64,000 nt of DNA, from the IMG/VR virus record IMGVR_UViG_3300013121_000034, positions 1 through 64,000 of that record; one strand, given 5' to 3'. The notes below the pieces were generated by a model. The model ran no database searches and was not told the origin of the DNA. It saw only the letters and a program-made list of their open reading frames with translations. The DNA comes from a virus. Its lineage: Duplodnaviria; Caudoviricetes. Position numbers and translations under genes: made by a program. This document shows, piece by piece, positions 58,674-64,000 of this stretch. Positions within the stretch are counted from its first letter, which is position 1. Each line of letters begins with the position of its first letter.

Positions 58674-58739
58674 GGGAGCAGGGCGCGATCCAAAGCCGAG
58701 GGATTTGTGCTTCTTTAACAGTCGGCAAAATCACGGAGA

Positions 58740-60023
58740 ATGGCGAAAATGCAGGGTAAGAATGACGGCGCAATTGCGCAAGCGTTGATTAAGGCATCGG
58801 AAGCGGCTGGCGGAAGCGATGCCGCGAAAATCGTGGCGGACGTTATCAGTCATGACGCGCCAGCGACAATTGAAAATGGTCGCGCGCCGGACGTGGCGGG
58901 TGTAGTTGAACCGCCGCTTGATTTTAGCGCGACGGAAATTCCTGCGATGGGCGAGCCTGTCAGAGAACTTACGGCAACGGAAACGAGTGAGGGTGAAGCC
59001 TCTCACACAATTTCGCTGCAATTCGCGCAGCCGGTCGCAAATTCTGAAACCGAAGAATTTATCAACGCTGTGAGCGATCCCGGCACTGTTATGGTGCTGA
59101 ACAAAGATGGCAGCGCAACGCTGACGACGCGCAACGAAGACGGCAGCGCAACCGTTCGCCAATTTTCGAAGGCAGACGTGGCAGAAGCGTTGGCCGAACG
59201 CACGAAGCGCAAGCGTGTTATGGACGACGAAGAAACCGACCATATCGCACGCATTATGCAAGACTTGGCAGAAGCTGTGCTGAATAAGTATGGCATGGTG
59301 AAAATCGGCGAGGCCGATGTTTTCCATTTGCTGACTGAACGCCAAATGCTCAACGACTACATCAAAGAATTGTTCGAGGCGCTTGGCGTGCCCGTGCATT
59401 TCTTGCAAGTCATCACGAAGGGCGTGCGCACGGCGTTCGGTCGCAAGGTTATCGATATGCCATCAATGGGACAGGCGTGTCGTCAGGCTATCTCGCTTTT
59501 CAAAACAGCGCAGGAAACGGCAGAACGTGCGGTATCTGAAAAGAACCGCATGGAAACACACTACAACGCGGAAATTTCCAACGCGGAAGCTGCGTCGCGT
59601 CAGGCACGGTTGACGTTGGAAGCTGCAACACGTGAACGTGCGGCAATTCAGAGCGAAATCGACTCGTTCAATATGCCGAGTGACGAAAAGCCGTTTTTGC
59701 TGCGCGGTCACTACACCGTCGTCAAGAAAGGCTTTGGCGGAAAGGAAACCGAATCGAAGCGCCGTGTCGTTTATATCGGCGTGAAGAAAGGCGCAAAAAA
59801 GAAGGGCGAGTATTACCTCTCGAAAGACTTGTTCGCTACGGCCAAGCTGGCCGAGGCGCTGCGTATGGAAACGACGAAGGAAGCGTTGGAATATCTTGGC
59901 CGTCTTCGCAAGAAAATGGAAGCCGACGCGCTCAACCCGGAGTCCGGCATCACGCAAAAAAAGCTGAATGCGCTCGCGATCACGCGCATTTCGTTTGATG
60001 CGATGAACGTCGGCAACAAGTAG
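58740..60023 (+). CDS. Hypothetical protein with coiled-coil segment
   Basis: ACGGAGA RBS; 427 aa. Confidence 0.75.
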   Translation: MAKMQGKNDGAIAQALIKASEAAGGSDAAKIVADVISHDAPATIENGRAPDVAGVVEPPLDFSATEIPAMGEPVRELTATETSEGEASHTISLQFAQPVANSETEEFINAVSDPGTVMVLNKDGSATLTTRNEDGSATVRQFSKADVAEALAERTKRKRVMDDEETDHIARIMQDLAEAVLNKYGMVKIGEADVFHLLTERQMLNDYIKELFEALGVPVHFLQVITKGVRTAFGRKVIDMPSMGQACRQAISLFKTAQETAERAVSEKNRMETHYNAEISNAEAASRQARLTLEAATRERAAIQSEIDSFNMPSDEKPFLLRGHYTVVKKGFGGKETESKRRVVYIGVKKGAKKKGEYYLSKDLFATAKLAEALRMETTKEALEYLGRLRKKMEADALNPESGITQKKLNALAITRISFDAMNVGNK

Positions 60024-60049
60024 TCGTCAACTCGAAAACACTGGAGAAT

Positions 60050-60523
60050 GTGAAAATGCCGAAGAAAGAAAAGAAGCCCTCCAAGGGTTACATGTTCCTG
60101 CAAGACTCGCGGTTTGCGGCGCTTGCGCCGGGCTATCCGTCGCCGATTGTTTTTGAAGCGAACGGTGAACTGCGAGTTGCCGGATGCGCAACGAATTATT
60201 GGCTCTACGGCAAATCGAAGAACAGCGATTATCGCGAAGCGATTTTGCGTGCGCCTGCATTCCGAGCCGTCACATATTTCGCCGCCGAGAAAGGCATGAA
60301 AGAACTCAAGGCGAAAACGGTCGACGATTGGGATGAAGTCTCCGAGAAGCGTTTCGAAAAAGCGATGCGCCTTCGCTTTGAGCAACACGAAGGGCTGCGC
60401 CGACTGTTGCTGTCGTGGAATCCAAAGAACGATTTGGTCGAAGACAAATACGCTCGTGAAAATGAGCCTGACGTTATCAAGACGTTGAAGCGTCTTCGCA
60501 TTGAGTTTAAGGATGCAGCATAA
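60050..60523 (+). CDS. Divergent NADAR-like protein
   Basis: DWDEV....FEKAMRLRFEQH..LRRLLL....LVE echoes the NADAR C-terminal half. Confidence 0.55.
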   Translation: MKMPKKEKKPSKGYMFLQDSRFAALAPGYPSPIVFEANGELRVAGCATNYWLYGKSKNSDYREAILRAPAFRAVTYFAAEKGMKELKAKTVDDWDEVSEKRFEKAMRLRFEQHEGLRRLLLSWNPKNDLVEDKYARENEPDVIKTLKRLRIEFKDAA

Positions 60524-61164
60524 TGTCCAAAGCAGCACAGGCTGTCACCGATAGGCGACCTAGCGTTGTCGACCAACTAGAGCGTTGGCTGGAAGGCAAA
60601 AAGTTTTCAGTTTATCTGACTGCGAATTTTTCACTCGCATTGTTGCGTCATGCGCGTGAACGATTTGGTCAGAGCATGGATAGCGGACTTTCGTATCGCC
60701 TTGATTATCTGCGTTTGAAGGCGATGTTCGCGTCAATGCAAACCGCAACGTTCAACGACATTTTCTATTTCAGTTCCTTCCGACCGCAGGAAGGCAATTC
60801 GCCTCCGCCGGAAATGAAGATTCTGAACCTCTTGGAAAAGAATGGCTTCAAGGTCAAGCTGCGAGAAATGACGCTTGGCGAACGTGAAGGGCGGGTAAAG
60901 AAAATCTCGCCGCGCTTCACTGTCGATCTAACTACGGCGGTGCGTGAACGAATTGCGAGTGGCGACGATGCTGTCGTTATTCTTGACACGAATCGCGATG
61001 TTGGCGACCTAGTGGAGAGTTTGGCGACCGATAACAAGCGTGTCGTTGTCGGCGACATTTCAGGCTTGAAAGCGTTTGTTCCTCACGAATTGGGGAAGCA
61101 TGCGCATTTTAAGTTCGATATGTCGCACGTTGATTTGTTGGATTGGCTCAAGTTGGAGTCGTAA
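60523..61164 (+). CDS. Degenerate NYN/LabA-like domain protein
   Basis: YRLDYLRL, LEKNGFKV, VDLT, VVILDTNRDVGDLVESL...KRVVV. Confidence 0.55.
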   Translation: MSKAAQAVTDRRPSVVDQLERWLEGKKFSVYLTANFSLALLRHARERFGQSMDSGLSYRLDYLRLKAMFASMQTATFNDIFYFSSFRPQEGNSPPPEMKILNLLEKNGFKVKLREMTLGEREGRVKKISPRFTVDLTTAVRERIASGDDAVVILDTNRDVGDLVESLATDNKRVVVGDISGLKAFVPHELGKHAHFKFDMSHVDLLDWLKLES

Positions 61165-61173
61165 CGGTTGCGT

Positions 61174-61200
61174 GCGGGTATGGCGGAAATGGTAGACGCT
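61174..61200 (+). pseudogene. 5' fragment of a tRNA-Leu-type gene
   Basis: GCGGGTA TG GCG GAAATGGTAGA CGC (acceptor strand plus D arm); no 3' half found downstream. Confidence 0.7.
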
Positions 61201-61201
61201 A

Positions 61202-61474
61202 ATGCCGACTAAAAAAGAATGGCTGCAAGCAAGAGTGTCGCAGATTAAAAATCTGTATCCAAACTTGCTTGCAGTCTATGGGCCGTATTATTCTGGAAAG
61301 GACGGTCGTTCAAGGGTCGTCCTGCGTATGCGTGACAGCAAGTTTGTAACTAAGCAGTATGCCAAAATAAATCTAAAGATACGTCCCCGAAAAGAACACC
61401 TAAAACTGGATGCAAAGCGGCTACGTCCCGCTAAGGGAGATTGTAGACAGTGGCTCCCAAAAAGAGCAATGTAG
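61202..61474 (+). pseudogene. HNH endonuclease remnant with the catalytic core deleted
   Basis: YGPYY..KDGR..V...YAK joined directly to NLKI.PRKEH.KLDAKR; the intervening HH.D...N segment is missing; AT-rich. Confidence 0.55.
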
Positions 61475-61746
61475 GTGTGCTGCGTAATAAGCTTCGCCGT
61501 GAAACGAAAGCGAAATACAACGCGCGTATAAGCGAAGCGAAAAGCCGGGCAGCGCATGCCCGCGCAATGGCAACCCTGTTTCGCAGTTTCCGAAATGTAG
61601 TGCGCTCGGAACTGCCGAAGGTTGACCGGCAAGGACTGTCACGCGCTATTGGCAAGGGCGAAAAAGCGCACATACCACGCGTATTTGCAGATGGCGATTT
61701 TCGTGCACAAACGAAGCGCGAGAAAATACGCCATCATCCAGTGTAG
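61450..61746 (+). CDS. Small basic hypothetical protein
   Basis: GGAGA RBS before GTG. Confidence 0.55.
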   Translation: MAPKKSNVGVLRNKLRRETKAKYNARISEAKSRAAHARAMATLFRSFRNVVRSELPKVDRQGLSRAIGKGEKAHIPRVFADGDFRAQTKREKIRHHPV

Positions 61747-61763
61747 TAAAGACGACTTGATAA

Positions 61764-61838
61764 TGAGGCGTACTCAACTGGTAAGAGAGCGGTTTTTGAT
61801 ACCGCCAGATGTAGGTTCGAATCCTACCGCCTCAGCCA
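61764..61838 (+). tRNA. tRNA-Gln(UUG)
   Basis: TGAGGCG/CGCCTCA acceptor, GCGGT-TTTTGAT-ACCGC, GTAGG-TTCGAAT-CCTAC, G73, CCA. Confidence 0.93.
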
Positions 61839-62392
61839 AAAAAGAAGGAATGCGAGGACCGGCAAACGTCGGTCCTCGTGGAGTTTTGAAAACGGAGAAT
61901 GACATGACGACCAAAAAACGTGAACAGCTAAAATCAGTAATCGTGTATAGCGAGGGACTTTGTTATGCCTCGGTGTGCGTGCACAACAGAGTGCCGAAAA
62001 ACGCGATTCGCAATCACATGCGCCCGTCCGGCACAGCATTGGGCTGGCGTCTTCTCGCAAAAAGAAATTCAAGGACGGCAAGAGTTTGAACGGTTGCGCT
62101 TGCAACAAGCGTCCTCGTTCTCGTAAACATTATTTGATGGAGTGCTAAAATGCCTCTCAAAGAAAAGAAAGGCTGCGCCGATAGTAGCACGCGCCTCGTA
62201 CACATCTCGTTGCGATGACGCAAGAGGTTTACGAAGACTTGACGGCCATCGTCATGGAGTTCGTAGACGACTATACGCGAGTGCATAAGTCGTCGCCATT
62301 GGCGAAGCGTGACAACGACAAATTTACTCGCGTGCTTCGCGTAAAAGATGCACTACGCCTCGACGTAATGAAACTCTAGGACGGAGAATGTC

Positions 62393-63820
62393 GTGCCGAA
62401 ATCGAATCTGAAAGCCGAAGGCGAAATTCGCGAACCAAAAGACAAGCCGCTACTCGACATTACGGTCGAAGCGGTTTCCAAATACGGCAAGCATACGATT
62501 GAGGATCGTGCGATGCCGGATTTTCGCGATGGACTAAAACCTGTCGCACGCCGCATTCTTTGGGCGATGAAAGGTCTTGGCCTCGTGCCGGGACATTCGT
62601 TTGTAAAATCCGCTCGTGTCGTTGGTGAAACCATCGGCAAATTCCATCCGCACGGCGATCAAGCGTGCTATGGCGCGCTCGTCACAATGGGGAATCTCTC
62701 CGAAAAACTCGTGGAGCCGCAAGGTAATTTCGGAAACGATTTCACTGGCGATGCGGAAGCTGCACAACGATACACGGAATGCCGCCTGTCAAAGTTTGCA
62801 GCGGAACATATGGTGTCGTCGCTGTATCTCAACGTCATCAAAACGCATCCCAACTACGACGGCAAAGACGTTGAGCCTCTGTATTTTCCAGCGACCGCCC
62901 CAAACATTTTGCTAAACGGCACTTACGGAATTGCGGTCGGTGCCACGTCGATCATTCCACCCTTCCACAAAAAGGGCGTCATTAAACTGGTCGGCCTTGC
63001 GATGAATGGCGAAACGATCACACCGAAAATGTGCTTGCGTAATTTGCGCATCAACTATCCGCGCGGCGGACAGCTTGCCAATAGTGACGATGAACTTTTG
63101 GAGTTTTATCGCACAGGCAAAGGCACGTTGAAGCTGCGTGCCGACTACACGGTCGACAAAAAACAGCGCCTCATTATCATCACCGGCGCACCCTTCGGTG
63201 TCACACAAAAGAAGCTGAACGACAAATTGAACGGTCACGATTTAGTCGCGTCTATTGCAGATGCGTCCGACAAAACGACGGGGCCAATTCATTTCGTTGT
63301 GCGTGTGAAAAATTCCGTGTCGCCGCTCGAAATGGAAGCTGTTGCCGAAAAGTTGGTCGGCCTCACCGACTTTGGTCTGTCGACGGCAGTCGGTATTACA
63401 CGCCGCCTCTCCGAAACAGAGAAGGAATTTGAGGAAATCAACATTCCTAATTTGATTATGGAGTGGGCCAAGTATCGTGTGGGGCTGGAAAAGCGCGTTC
63501 AAGAGTGGATCATCAAGGACGCCGACCGTATAATTGCCGACCTTGAATTGCTCAAGCTTGCTGCATCGAAGCGTGACATTATTTTCGCTGCGATCAAGCG
63601 TGACGATCCAGACGACGGCGCGGCCTACATCATGCAGAAACTCGAAATCAACAAAGAGCAGGCGAAGCGCATTCTCGACCTTGCGGTTCGCAGGCTTTCG
63701 AAGCTTTCGGAAAAGACTATTGACGCTGACATTGTGAAGGCACGCAAGCGTAAAAAGACTGCCGTCGCAACGAAAGCCAATCCCGTGCCGCGCATCATGG
63801 AAATGCTCGAAACCATCTGA
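62393..63820 (+). CDS. gyrA: Type IIA topoisomerase subunit A (GyrA/ParC-like, no C-terminal pinwheel)
   Basis: RAMPDFRDGLKPV, KSARVVG, HPHGD, AAQRYTE, LLNGTYGIAVG; 475 aa. Confidence 0.93.
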   Translation: MPKSNLKAEGEIREPKDKPLLDITVEAVSKYGKHTIEDRAMPDFRDGLKPVARRILWAMKGLGLVPGHSFVKSARVVGETIGKFHPHGDQACYGALVTMGNLSEKLVEPQGNFGNDFTGDAEAAQRYTECRLSKFAAEHMVSSLYLNVIKTHPNYDGKDVEPLYFPATAPNILLNGTYGIAVGATSIIPPFHKKGVIKLVGLAMNGETITPKMCLRNLRINYPRGGQLANSDDELLEFYRTGKGTLKLRADYTVDKKQRLIIITGAPFGVTQKKLNDKLNGHDLVASIADASDKTTGPIHFVVRVKNSVSPLEMEAVAEKLVGLTDFGLSTAVGITRRLSETEKEFEEINIPNLIMEWAKYRVGLEKRVQEWIIKDADRIIADLELLKLAASKRDIIFAAIKRDDPDDGAAYIMQKLEINKEQAKRILDLAVRRLSKLSEKTIDADIVKARKRKKTAVATKANPVPRIMEMLETI

Positions 63821-64000
63821 ATGGTAAAGAGCGCATAATCACAACGGAGCATGACGATGGGAGTCGAACGACTCGAAAAAAGCGAAGACCAGAAAGCCAG
63901 CGAATTGGTTCACTGGTCGATGACATTCAAAGCACGCATCAAGCAATTTGCTTCCATTTTGCAACGTGCCAGTGGCGTCTACACGTCACAAAATTTGGTG

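Noticed and set aside
61622-62089. 155 aa ORF
   Set aside because: Runs through tRNA-Gln; only the part from about 61904 after the ACGGAGA RBS is plausibly coding, perhaps frameshifted into 61960-62148.

Overview
A 64 kb stretch of a large tailed-phage genome, probably from an alphaproteobacterial host (inferred from GcrA-like, stand-alone DnaA domain IV-like and ACP genes). No virion genes are present. Genes from 1 to about 26.6 kb are on the minus strand: gp32-like SSB, sigma factor, intein-bearing SWIM protein, pyrE, Cas4-like nuclease, acpP, dcd, acb2, thyA, NADAR and a DHFR-like gene. Genes from 27.3 kb on are on the plus strand: dnaX-like, Rad50-like, HD hydrolase, an early-type region of small genes, tRNAs and type IIA topoisomerase subunits. 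Main findings: (1) a non-coding array of about 18 units with a 35-nt period and two alternating repeats and two variable 9-nt segments per unit (47121-47764), resembling a TIGR guide array but with no recognisable Tas/Nop gene in the window; (2) a tRNA gene split at its anticodon by a cassette carrying an intact replacement tRNA-Lys(UUU) plus an I-Ssp6803I-like endonuclease (45421-46067), with a decayed analogue at 61174-61474; (3) a strand-oriented (T/A)GGTAAAG promoter-like motif, back-to-back at the strand switch next to an origin-like hairpin cluster. All family calls are by-eye motif recognition, not database searches.
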